A DNA stretch of 64,000 bases from an uncultured Gemmatimonadales bacterium (lineage in GTDB: Bacteria > Gemmatimonadota > Gemmatimonadetes > Palauibacterales > Palauibacteraceae): positions 832,001-896,000 of the forward strand of contig CAWANJ010000009.1 of assembly GCA_963783385.1 (NCBI GenBank), given 5' to 3'. Position numbers and translations under genes: made by a program. The notes under the pieces were generated by a model. That model saw nothing but the letters and a program-made list of their open reading frames with translations. It ran no database searches and had not been told where the DNA came from. Of the stretch, positions 22,118-31,388 are shown in pieces. The first letter of the stretch is position 1; each line of letters starts with the position of its first letter.

Positions 22118-22965
22118 CGCGGCGTACGATGGACGCGGCCGGCCGGGGCCAGGGCCCGTACATCCGGCGCTTCACCGGCTTCCAGCGGACCCTCCACGTC
22201 ATGGTGATCGTGTCCTTCCTCGGCCTGGTCGCCACCGGGCTGCCGCTGCGCTTCGCGGCCGCGCCCTGGGCTCGCGGCGTCATGGACCTGTTCGGGGGCC
22301 CGGTGGCCGCGGGGCTCTTCCACCGGTTCTGCGCCATCATCACGTTCGGCTACTTCCTCGCGCACGTCATCCAGATCACCTACCGGCTGGTGAAGGTCGA
22401 GGGACCGAGGAAGCTGCTGTGGGGCCCGGACTCCATGGTACCGCAGCCCAAGGACATCCGGGACCTGATCCAGATGTTCAAGTGGTTCTTCGGCAAGGCC
22501 CCGCACCCCGAGTTCGAGCGCTTCAGCTACATGGAGAAGTTCGATTACTGGGCGGTGTTCTGGGGGGTGGCCATCATCGGCACGTCGGGGCTGTTCCTGT
22601 GGTTCCCGACCTTCTTCGCCCACATGATGCCCGGGTGGGTGTTCAACATCGCGACCATCGTGCACGGTGACGAGGCGCTGCTGGCCACGTCGTTCATCTT
22701 CACGATCCACTTCTTCAACGTGCACCTGCGGCCGGAGAAGTTCCCCATCGACACGGTGATCTTCACGGGCCGGGCCACCGCGGAGTACATGCAGGAGGAG
22801 CACGGCCTCGAGTACGAGCGTCTGCGGCGCGACGGCCGGGTCGAGGAGCGGTTGGTGCCGCCGGCCTCGCGCGCGGCCTACCTGTGGTCGGTGACGGTGG
22901 GCTTCATCGCCGTCGGGATCGGCACGGTGCTCATCGTCCTCGTCCTCTGGGCCCTCCTGGCATGA
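22114..22965 (+). CDS. FdnI/HydC-like b-type cytochrome, CbcL-like membrane portion
   Basis: ATG overlaps the upstream TGA; QRTLH, FHR, FSYMEKFDYWAVFWG, VHGDEALLA..FIFTIHFFN. Confidence 0.88.
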   Translation: MTRRTMDAAGRGQGPYIRRFTGFQRTLHVMVIVSFLGLVATGLPLRFAAAPWARGVMDLFGGPVAAGLFHRFCAIITFGYFLAHVIQITYRLVKVEGPRKLLWGPDSMVPQPKDIRDLIQMFKWFFGKAPHPEFERFSYMEKFDYWAVFWGVAIIGTSGLFLWFPTFFAHMMPGWVFNIATIVHGDEALLATSFIFTIHFFNVHLRPEKFPIDTVIFTGRATAEYMQEEHGLEYERLRRDGRVEERLVPPASRAAYLWSVTVGFIAVGIGTVLIVLVLWALLA

Positions 22966-22969
22966 TGCG

Positions 22970-24740
22970 GTGCGACGCCCCGACGTAGTCCTCGTCCACC
23001 CGCCCAGCGTCTACGACTTCCGTCGCAGAGCCATCTTCTACGGGCCGATCAGCGACGTCATCCCGTCGTCGACCGTGTTCGAGATGTACCCGATCGGCTT
23101 CGCGACCCTGGCCGCCCACCTGCAGCCGGCACGGGTACCGCGTCCGCATCGTGAACCTCGCCCTGCGCATGATGCGCAGCCGCCGCTTCCGCCCCGAGCG
23201 CTTCCTGCGACGCTACCGGCCCAGGCTGTTCGGCATCGATCTCCACTGGCTCCCGCACGCGCACGGCTCGCTCGAGGTGGCGGCCCTCCTCAAGCGGCTC
23301 CACCCGGACATCCCGATCGTGTTCGGAGGCATCTCCTCGAGCTACTTCCACGAGGAGCTCGTCCGGTATCCGCAGGTCGACTTCGTCCTGCGCGGCAGCG
23401 TCACCGAGCCCTGCCTGTTGGAGCTGGTTCGCGAGCTGGAGGGGAGCCGACGATTCGAGCGCGTGCCCAACCTGACCTGGAAGGAGGATGGGGAGGTACG
23501 GATCAATCCGGCCTCGTTCGTTCCGCTCTCCTTCGACGAGTTCGACTACGACCTCGGTTACTTCGTCGGTCAGGTGATCGGGCACCTGGACTTCTGGACG
23601 AACATCCCCTTCCACGCCTGGTGGAGCCACCCGATCACCGCCGTGTTCACCGTGCGCGGCTGCGGCCGCAGCTGCGTCACCTGCGGCGCGTCGGAGGAGG
23701 CCTTCCGCGGCTTCATGCCCGGCATGCATCCACTCCTGAGGAGCCCCGAGGCAATCGCCCGGCAGGTCCAAGACCTGGCGAGACTCACGCGGGCGCCGGT
23801 GTTCCTGGTGGGAGACGTGAACGACGGCGGCCCCAAGTACGCGCGCGCCGCGGTCGACGCCCTCGGCGCCACGGGCGTCTCGAACCGGATCGTGTTCGAG
23901 TTCTTCCGTCCGCCTCCGCGAGCGTTCGTGGAGCGAGCCGACGCCCGCCTTCCTCACTGGGGCGCGGAGCTCTCGCCGGAGAGCCACCACGAAGAGGTTC
24001 GGGCCCGGCTGGGCAAGGCCTCGTACACGAACGCGGAGCTGGAGGCGGGAATCGAGGCCGTGCTCGCCAGCCGCTGTGAGGCCCTGGACCTGTTCTACAT
24101 GATCGGGCTCCCGGGACAAAGCTACGACCACGTGATGCGGACCGTCGACGCGATCGAGGCCCTCTTTCGGCGCACGGATCGCCGGCTGTCCGCGTTCATC
24201 ACCCCCATGGGCCCGTTCATCGACCCGGGCAGCGTGGGGTTCGAGCGGCCCGGCGAGCACGGCTACCGGCTGCGCGCCCACACGCTGGCCGAGCATCGGG
24301 CGCTCCTGGAGCAGGGGGACTGGGAGTCCATCCTGAATTACGAAACGGACGCCATGACGCGAGCCGAGATCGTGAGCGCCACCTACGACGCGGCCGAGCG
24401 CCTCAACGAGCTGAAGCTACGCTACGGACGGATCGAGCCCGCGCGGGCCGCGGCCGTGGCGCGACGCCTGACGCGGGCCCGGGCCCTCCGACGCCGCATC
24501 CGCGAGACGGACGGTCGCCTGGACCCGCAGGCCCATCGCGAACTGTTGGGGGAGATCCGGGCCTACTCGGAGTCCACCGTCAACGACAAGGCCGAGCTGT
24601 TCCCGCCCGGAGCCTTCCTTCGGAACTTCCGATTGGGAGGGATCCTGCGGCTCCTGGCCGGAGAGGTTCTACGGCGCTGGACCCGGCCGGCGCCGTCCAC
24701 CCTCCACGACGTTGCGGCGGAGACCACCACACCGCGCTGA
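22970..24740 (+). CDS. B12-binding radical SAM protein (resembles TIGR04190/Ta0216 family; apparent frameshift ~23128)
   Basis: HPPSVYDFR..GPISDVIPSS.VFEMYPIGF N-terminus, DLHWLPHAHG, RGCGRSCVTC cluster motif. Confidence 0.8.
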
Positions 24741-24776
24741 TCTCTCACGCCGGGGCCAATGTGGCCCCGGACAGCC

Positions 24777-25229
24777 TCAGGTCGAGTCGTGTCTCGGCGA
24801 GGCGCCCGTCGTGCCCTGGGGCATCCCGGCCGGCGGCATCATTCCGCCATGCGGCAGGTTGTGTGCGCCGGCGGCCTGCTGCATGGCACCCAAATGTGTC
24901 TTCGCGGAGTCGGCCGCCGCCTGATGACCCATCGCCGTCTCCGCCATGTACACCCCGAACCACGCGGCCGTGAACTCCGGAGCCATACCCGTCGCCGCGC
25001 GGTAGTGATGGCTCGCCGTCGGGTAGTCCTTGGCCCGGTAGGCCACGTTTCCGCTGTCCAGCTGGGCGGTCACGGCGGGAGAGACCTGCGCGCGGGACAT
25101 GCGCGCCGCGGTGTCCGCGGCGCTGGTCGACGCCGCGCCGCTTCCCTGCCCCCCGGACCCGCCCCCGCCGCAGCCGACCACGGTCAGGCCGAGCGCCAGG
25201 AAAACCGTCGATGCGTGGATGCTCTTCAT
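24777..25229 (-). CDS. Small TPR-like lipoprotein
   Basis: Lipobox VVGC; GNVAYRAKDY..A...Y..A....P....AW helical repeat. Confidence 0.65.
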   Translation of the reverse strand: MKSIHASTVFLALGLTVVGCGGGGSGGQGSGAASTSAADTAARMSRAQVSPAVTAQLDSGNVAYRAKDYPTASHHYRAATGMAPEFTAAWFGVYMAETAMGHQAAADSAKTHLGAMQQAAGAHNLPHGGMMPPAGMPQGTTGASPRHDST

Positions 25230-25645
25230 TGCCCTCTCCCCGGATGTTCGATCCAGTCCGCTAGGAAGATGTTGGTCTCGCCCGGCAGGACGCCGCGCCG
25301 GTTGGACTCGAGCACCAGCCTGCGCCCGTCGCACGAGAACATGGGAAATCCGTCAAAATCCATATGTGTGGTCACTCGTTCCAGGCCGCTACCGTCCACT
25401 CCGATGAGGCACAGGTCGAAATCCCTCGAGATGGGATCCCGCGTGCTGGAAGCAAAGATGATCCTTCGTCCATCCGGATGAAAGTAGGGCGCGAAGTTCG
25501 CGGCCCCGTTGTGGGTGAGCCGGCGCACGTTCCCGCTGTCGACGCCCATCGTGTACATTTCGAGGTCGCCATCGCGCGTTGACGTGACCACGATCCGGGA
25601 GCCGTCCTGGGAGATAGTGGCCTCGGCATCGTAGTCGCGGCGGCG
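25226..25645 (-). pseudogene. Truncated TolB-like PD40-repeat protein remnant
   Basis: YDAEATISQDGSRIV.TSTRDGDLE.Y, NFAPYFHPDG.RIIF.S, FDGFPMFS.DG; no N-terminus; start coordinate approximate. Confidence 0.7.
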
Positions 25646-25699
25646 ACGGCCCACCGCCCGCCGGCCCGGCGTGGTTTCCTCGACCTGGAGTGTAGAGCC

Positions 25700-27031
25700 G
25701 TGTTCGATTCGGTGGTGGAGGGATCCCGACTTCGCGTGAGGCGTCGCGGCGCAACCGCGCCGCTGCTCCTGGCCCTGATCCTCGCCCCGCTCGCGGCCGC
25801 TTCGGGTCAGACGTCGTGCCCGGCGGCGGCCGGGCTCACCGGAGGAGCTCCCCAGCCCGAGGCCACCGTGCGCTACCTCGCGGACGACGCGCTCGAGGGA
25901 CGGCTGGCCGGCTCGCCGGGGGCTCGCTGCGCTGCCCTGTACGTGGCGGACCGGTTCCGCGCGGCGGGGCTCGAGCCCGGCGCCTCGGGAAGTTACCTCC
26001 AGGCCGTCCCTCTCGTCAGCGCCGTCGACCCGCACGCACCCGGCGGCACCGGGGTCAACGTGATCGGCGTCCTGCCCGGCTCCGATGCCGCGCTCGCGGG
26101 CCAGGCGGTCGTGATCGGCGCGCACTTCGACCACCTGGGCCGCGGACCCTTCGGCTCCCTGTCCCCGGAGCGGGCCGGAGAGATCCACAACGGGGCCGAC
26201 GACAACGCCTCGGGCGTCGCGGCGCTGGTCCTCGTGGCGCATCGCCTGGCCGCGGGCACCCGCCCCCGGCGAACCGTCGTGTTCGTCGCCTTCACCGGCG
26301 AGGAACTCGGGCTCCTCGGCTCGTCCTTCTACGTACGACACCCGGCCGTTCCGCTGGACTCGACCGTGGCCATGCTCAATATGGACATGGTCGGGCGCCT
26401 GGGCCACGACCAGCTCATCGTCTACGGCCTCGGCACCAGCCCGCAGTGGTCCGACCTGGTGGCGGACGCCGATCGGTCGGCAGGCCTGGAGCTGGCCTAC
26501 CAGCAGGCCGGCTTCGGCCCGAGCGACCACACCTCCTTCTACGGGAGGGGCGTCCCGGTCCTCCACTTCTTCACCAACCTCCACGCGGACTACCACCGTC
26601 CCTCGGACGACTGGCAGAAGATCGACTTCCCGGGCATCACTCGGGTCGCCGGGCTGGTGGCCGGGATCGCGGCGCGGGTCGCGGACCGACCGGAGCGCCT
26701 CGCGGTGATCGAGGGGGTCGGCGCCCGGCCGGAGGCGGGCGAGGGGGAGGGCTACGGCGCCTACCTGGGCACGGTGCCCGACTTCACGTTCACCGAGCGG
26801 GGGGTGCGCCTGGGCGGCGTCACGGGCGGCTCGCCCGCGGACCGGGCCGGGCTCCGATCCGGGGACGTCATGATCGGCTTCTCCGGTCGCGACATCGAGG
26901 ACCTGTACGGCCTCACGGCGGCGCTCCGGTCCCACGCCCCGGGCGACACGGTGGCCATCACCGTCCTGCGCGACGGCACGGAGGTCCGCGTCACGGCCGT
27001 GCTCGGCGACAGGTCTCGGGACCGGCACTAG
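25700..27031 (+). CDS. M28 family metallopeptidase with C-terminal PDZ domain
   Basis: GAHFDHLG, GADDNASG, FTGEELGLLGS, NMDMVG, SDH, DYH; PDZ GSPADRAGL..GD. Confidence 0.93.
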   Translation: MFDSVVEGSRLRVRRRGATAPLLLALILAPLAAASGQTSCPAAAGLTGGAPQPEATVRYLADDALEGRLAGSPGARCAALYVADRFRAAGLEPGASGSYLQAVPLVSAVDPHAPGGTGVNVIGVLPGSDAALAGQAVVIGAHFDHLGRGPFGSLSPERAGEIHNGADDNASGVAALVLVAHRLAAGTRPRRTVVFVAFTGEELGLLGSSFYVRHPAVPLDSTVAMLNMDMVGRLGHDQLIVYGLGTSPQWSDLVADADRSAGLELAYQQAGFGPSDHTSFYGRGVPVLHFFTNLHADYHRPSDDWQKIDFPGITRVAGLVAGIAARVADRPERLAVIEGVGARPEAGEGEGYGAYLGTVPDFTFTERGVRLGGVTGGSPADRAGLRSGDVMIGFSGRDIEDLYGLTAALRSHAPGDTVAITVLRDGTEVRVTAVLGDRSRDRH

Positions 27032-27222
27032 CGGACCGTGGCCGCAGCGCGACCGCCGCTTTCACACCGGCCGCACTCGGTTCGTCCTAGCCACGGATGA
27101 GGGACCCGTGGCCGGCTCGTCGGGACGGCAAGGGCACAGCGGAGGCCGGAGATGCGAGAGGGAATGATCGGAGTAGCGGCACTTCCCGTGGAGCGACCCG
27201 CCGGGGTCGCCGGCACCTGTCC

Positions 27223-27774
27223 GTGACGGAGAGCGGGGCGGCCAGGGCCCGGAAACCGTCCGTGGCGGCCTGGGTCGAGGAGCACGGCGGCGAGCTGCGC
27301 CGACACCTCGAGCGCATGCTCCCGGGACCGGACGCGGCGGACGACGTGCTCCAGACCGTGTGGATCACCGCGCATCGCAAGCCCCCCGAGGCACCGGACG
27401 GACCCGCCTTGCGCGCCTGGCTGTACCGGGTCGCCACCAACGCCGCCCTCGACCGGCTGGGCGCCGAGCGTCGCCGGCGGCGTGCTCTGGAAGGCCGCCC
27501 CCTGCTCCTGGCCCCCGAGCCACGACCGGCGCCGGACGCGGCCCTGAAGGGCCTGGGTGAGCGGGCGCGCCGGCGGGTGCGGGAGCACGTCGCGGCGCTG
27601 CCCCCCAAGCAGCGGCAGGCCGTGTGGATGCGGTGGGCCGAGGGCCGCAGCTACACCGACATCGCCGCCCGGCTCGGATGCTCCGAGGAGAGCGCCCGCG
27701 GCAACGTGTACCAGGGGATGAAGCGGCTCCGGTCGGAGCTGTTCGGGCTGTGGCACGAGGAGGCGGGAGCATGA
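27223..27774 (+). CDS. ECF sigma-70 factor
   Basis: ADDVLQ, RAWLYRVATN, region 4 LPPKQRQAV..SYTDIA..LG; start uncertain. Confidence 0.9.
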   Translation: MTESGAARARKPSVAAWVEEHGGELRRHLERMLPGPDAADDVLQTVWITAHRKPPEAPDGPALRAWLYRVATNAALDRLGAERRRRRALEGRPLLLAPEPRPAPDAALKGLGERARRRVREHVAALPPKQRQAVWMRWAEGRSYTDIAARLGCSEESARGNVYQGMKRLRSELFGLWHEEAGA

Positions 27775-28475
27775 TCGGACAGCCCTGCTGGGTTTCGGAA
27801 GAGGGCCTGGTGGCCTTCGTGGCCGGGGAGCTCGAGCCCGAGGCCGAAGTGGCGGTGGCCCGCCACCTGGCCGAGTGCGCCGCCTGCCGCGAAGAGGCGG
27901 CGCAGTACCGGCTGCTGGGGGCGGCCATGGCGGAGGAGGCCGGCGCCGAGGCGGTTCGCTGGCACGCCTTCTCGAGCCCCTTCGGACGGATGTACGCGGC
28001 CGCCACGCCCGGCGGCCTGGTCCGGGTCTCCTGGCAGCGGCCCGGCGACGACGCCTTCGAGGCCGAGCTGCACGACCTGCTGCCGGGCCGGCCGGTCCTG
28101 CACGATCCGAGCGATCACCTCCTGCTCGAGGCGGAGCGCCAGCTGGGCGAGTACTTCGCCGGCGAGCGGGAAGCCTTCGACCTTCCCGTGGACCTCGAGG
28201 CCCTCCCGACCTTCTCGCGGCGGGTGCTCGAGGCGCTGCAGGAGGTGGAGTTCGGCCAGGTGGTGGCCTACTCGGACCTGGCCCGCCGGATCGGACGGCC
28301 GCGGGCCTCGCGGGCCGTCGGCAACGCCCTGGGCCGGAACCCGGTGGCCATCGTCGTGCCCTGTCACCGCGTCGTGCGCCAGGATGGCTCGCTGGGCGGC
28401 TACGGCGGCGGCGTCGAGTACAAGGAGCGCCTGCTGGCGGTCGAGGGTCGACAGGACCTTCTCCGGGCGGGCTGA
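27771..28475 (+). CDS. ogt: Zinc anti-sigma (zf-HC2) domain fused to methylated-DNA-protein-cysteine methyltransferase
   Basis: N-terminal HLAECAAC; C-terminal RAVGNALGRNP..VPCHRVV..GY.GG...K..LL..E. Confidence 0.88.
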   Translation: MIGQPCWVSEEGLVAFVAGELEPEAEVAVARHLAECAACREEAAQYRLLGAAMAEEAGAEAVRWHAFSSPFGRMYAAATPGGLVRVSWQRPGDDAFEAELHDLLPGRPVLHDPSDHLLLEAERQLGEYFAGEREAFDLPVDLEALPTFSRRVLEALQEVEFGQVVAYSDLARRIGRPRASRAVGNALGRNPVAIVVPCHRVVRQDGSLGGYGGGVEYKERLLAVEGRQDLLRAG

Positions 28476-28491
28476 CCCGAGCGGTGGCGGC

Positions 28492-29016
28492 TCAGGCCGC
28501 CGTCCCGCCGGGGACGAGCCGCACTCCGGCTGCCAGGGCATCGTCGAAGGCGATCTCGGCGTGGTCCACCCGGACGATCCACGCCGGATAACGCTGCACG
28601 ACCTCCACCGCGACGCCGGGGAGTACGCCCAGACTCGCCAGGGCGCGGCCCTCGGCACTGGCGGGATCCTCGAGACCCGCCACGGTGGCGCGCTCTCCGG
28701 GCTGGAGCTCGAGCAGGGTGCCGGGGGCGCTGACACGGCGGCGGGCCCCGAGGCCGGCCACGAGACGGCGCAGGAAGCCGCCACCTTCCCGCCGGCCCTC
28801 CCGTGCCCTTCCCCGCTCGATCCAGGCCGGCTCGACGGGGTTCTCGTAGCCGCAGTGGGGACAGCGGACGTAACGGCAGGCTCGCGCCAGGGGGCAGCCC
28901 GCGCAGACGGGCTGAGCCCGATCCTCGCGGAACCGGCGACCGCAGAGCCCACATTCCACCTGGCGACCGCCGTGGCCGGAAGCAATCGACGCGGAAGCCG
29001 GCGACGAGCCGTTCAC
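28492..29016 (-). CDS. feoA: FeoA with N-terminal 7-Cys domain
   Basis: GTG at 29016 overlaps the feoB stop; CGLC..CAGCPL..C...CPHCGY followed by an SH3-like LASLGVLPG domain. Confidence 0.8.
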   Translation of the reverse strand: MNGSSPASASIASGHGGRQVECGLCGRRFREDRAQPVCAGCPLARACRYVRCPHCGYENPVEPAWIERGRAREGRREGGGFLRRLVAGLGARRRVSAPGTLLELQPGERATVAGLEDPASAEGRALASLGVLPGVAVEVVQRYPAWIVRVDHAEIAFDDALAAGVRLVPGGTAA

Positions 29017-31073
29017 AGGCCGATCCCCCGCAGCGCAAGGTTGAGCACGAACCCGACCCCGAACGCGAACGTCACGGCGAACGCGAAGATCCCGGCCGCG
29101 ATCTTCGGCCCCCTCTCCTTCCACATCATGAGGAACTGCGCCACGCACGGGACGAACAGCGTGAGCGTCACCGCCGACACGAGGAGCCCGACCGTGTCCA
29201 GGACCCCCGTCCGCTGAAGCTCGTACAGGCCCGCGGCCCCGTAGTCGCGCCGGAAGAACCCGAGGAGGAACACCGATGCCGTCTGCCGGGGGAGGCCCAG
29301 CGCGGCCACCATCGGGTGGAGAAGGTTCAGGACCCGGTCCAGGAGCCCGGTGACCTGTCCCGCCCACAGGAGCACGCTGGCCAGCATGAACAGCGGAATG
29401 ACCTCCAGCAGGTACCAGTGCAGGCGCGTGGCGGTCTTCCGGACCACGTTGGAGGCGCGCGGCACGCGCAGGGGCGGGAGCTCCATGTGGAAGGCCGCCG
29501 ACCGCCCCGGCAGGACCCTCGCCCCCACCGCCCCGATCAGGAGGAAGGTGCCGGCCAGGACCGCCACCCACAGCCCGAGCGCGACCGGCTGTCCCGAGAG
29601 GATGGCCAGGATCACGCCGAGCTGGGCCGAGCACGGTATCGCCAGGGCGAGCAGGACCGTGGCCAGGATCCTCTCACGCCGGGTCTCGAGCGTCCGGGCG
29701 ACCATCGTGGCCATGGTGTCGCACGCGAACCCGAGCACGATGGGAATCACCGCCCTCCCGTTGAGGCCGAGCCGCTTGAACAGCCGATCCACGAGCAGGG
29801 CCAGCCGGGGCAGGTACCCGCTGTCCTCGAGCACGGAGAAGAACAGGAAGAAGGTTGCGACGATCGGCAGGATGATGGCGATCGCGTAGCGGAGGCCCAG
29901 GGTGAGGAGCCCGTAGTCGCCCACCCACAGCCCCCGGAGCCACGGCCAGGGAATGCCTCGGAACAGGCTCTCCAGGAACGGATTGACGCGGCCCAGGAAC
30001 AGGGAGCGCTCCAGCCAGTCCACCAGGGTGCCGGCTCCGAAGTGCCCCACGAACTCGTACAGACCCAGCCACAGGACGACCACCAGGACGGGGATGCCGG
30101 GCAGCGGCCGCGCCAGCCAGCGGCCGAGTCTCTCCGCGACCCTGACCCGACGTTCACCCGTTCTCTCGAGCACGTGCTCGGCCAGGGACCGAGCCACCTC
30201 GTGACGCTCCACCGCCGACCGGTAGGCCGTCCCGTCCTGCGTCCCGGCCGCGACCTCCCGGATCGCCTCTCCCGCCCGCCGTCCTCCATCCGTCTCGGTG
30301 GCCTCCACCATCGCTTGCGTCTCTTCGTCCGCCTGGAGGAGGAAGGAGGCGACCGCTCGCCGCGGCATGGCATAGCGGCCGGACAGGGCACCCGTCACGG
30401 CCTCGACCGCCACGGCCACATCGGGTCGCCGCCGCACCGGCTCGGGCGCCTCGCCCGCGCGGATGGCCCGGAGGATCGCCCGCTCCAGCTCCGTCACCCC
30501 CTCCCCGGTCACCGCCACGATCGGGACGACATCCAGGCCCAGCCGCAGGGCGAGGAGGTCCGGCCGCAGCTCCAGGCCGAGCGGATCGAGCTCGTCCACC
30601 ATGTTGAGGGCGAGGACGAGGGGCTTCCCGAGCTCCATGAGGTCGAGCGTGAGGGGGAGGGACCGCGCCACGCAGCGGGCCTCGACGACGTGGACCAGCG
30701 CGTCGATGCCCTCCTCGAGCACCAGGCGCCGGGAGACGCGCTCCTCCTCGGTGGTGGGCGACAGCGAGTACAGACCGGGCGTGTCCACCACGCGCGCGAC
30801 GTGCCCGTCCAGCCGACCCACGCCGTAGGTCACCTCGACCGAGGTCCGGGGATAGTTGGAGACGGTGACGTACCGCCCGGTCAGGCGGTGGAAGAGGGTG
30901 CTCTTCCCCACGTTGGGGGCCCCCACGAGGGCCACGCGCCAGGCGGCCTCCTCCGGCGCGCTCCCCGACGGGATCGGCGCGCTTCGCCGGGCCCGCGGCG
31001 GGGAGCACATGGGACACGCGCCCGATTCCTCGAGGGCGGTCCGTGCCATCGGCGCGTTCGGTCGCAGGCTCAT
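29013..31073 (-). CDS. feoB: Ferrous iron transporter FeoB
   Basis: GAPNVGKST, DTPGLYSL, NMVD, LEDSGYLPR, IPCSAQ, MELPP, LFVPCVA. Confidence 0.95.
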   Translation of the reverse strand: MSLRPNAPMARTALEESGACPMCSPPRARRSAPIPSGSAPEEAAWRVALVGAPNVGKSTLFHRLTGRYVTVSNYPRTSVEVTYGVGRLDGHVARVVDTPGLYSLSPTTEEERVSRRLVLEEGIDALVHVVEARCVARSLPLTLDLMELGKPLVLALNMVDELDPLGLELRPDLLALRLGLDVVPIVAVTGEGVTELERAILRAIRAGEAPEPVRRRPDVAVAVEAVTGALSGRYAMPRRAVASFLLQADEETQAMVEATETDGGRRAGEAIREVAAGTQDGTAYRSAVERHEVARSLAEHVLERTGERRVRVAERLGRWLARPLPGIPVLVVVLWLGLYEFVGHFGAGTLVDWLERSLFLGRVNPFLESLFRGIPWPWLRGLWVGDYGLLTLGLRYAIAIILPIVATFFLFFSVLEDSGYLPRLALLVDRLFKRLGLNGRAVIPIVLGFACDTMATMVARTLETRRERILATVLLALAIPCSAQLGVILAILSGQPVALGLWVAVLAGTFLLIGAVGARVLPGRSAAFHMELPPLRVPRASNVVRKTATRLHWYLLEVIPLFMLASVLLWAGQVTGLLDRVLNLLHPMVAALGLPRQTASVFLLGFFRRDYGAAGLYELQRTGVLDTVGLLVSAVTLTLFVPCVAQFLMMWKERGPKIAAGIFAFAVTFAFGVGFVLNLALRGIGL

Positions 31074-31202
31074 GTCTCGGATCGACCCGCTCCCCGGAGA
31101 AGAATGAGACCCGGTATCATTGACTCCAGGCTAACGCCCGAGCCGGGGACCGTCTGTAGGGCTTGCTCCTTGCACGCGCGTGGTCGCCCTCCGAAAATCG
31201 GT

Positions 31203-31293
31203 GTGGGGAATCCCCCCTCGGCCCCCCACGGGGGGACCGTTCCGACAGCGGGAAGAGGGTTTCTTACGACTTGACTGTAGGGCGTTTCCCTAC
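31203..31293. promoter_or_regulatory. 17-bp palindromic boxes in the feoB/cyc2 divergent region
   Basis: Box with perfectly inverted arms CTGTAGGG-CGTTT-CCCTACAG (core 31277-31293); GTGGGG-AATCC-CCCCTC at 31203. Confidence 0.6.
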
Positions 31294-31388
31294 AGCACAC
31301 GCAGATAGGGTAGGGTAGATCGGTATACCGAGAGGCGGGACCGGCAGCGGCCCTGCATGGCGCCTACGACGCCGGAAGGAGAAGGCAC

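Noticed and set aside
30840-30860. FeoB G2 region reads NYPRTSV instead of NYPGxTV
   Set aside because: A single-base difference (CGG versus GGG) that could be an error or a tolerated variant; the other GTPase motifs are intact
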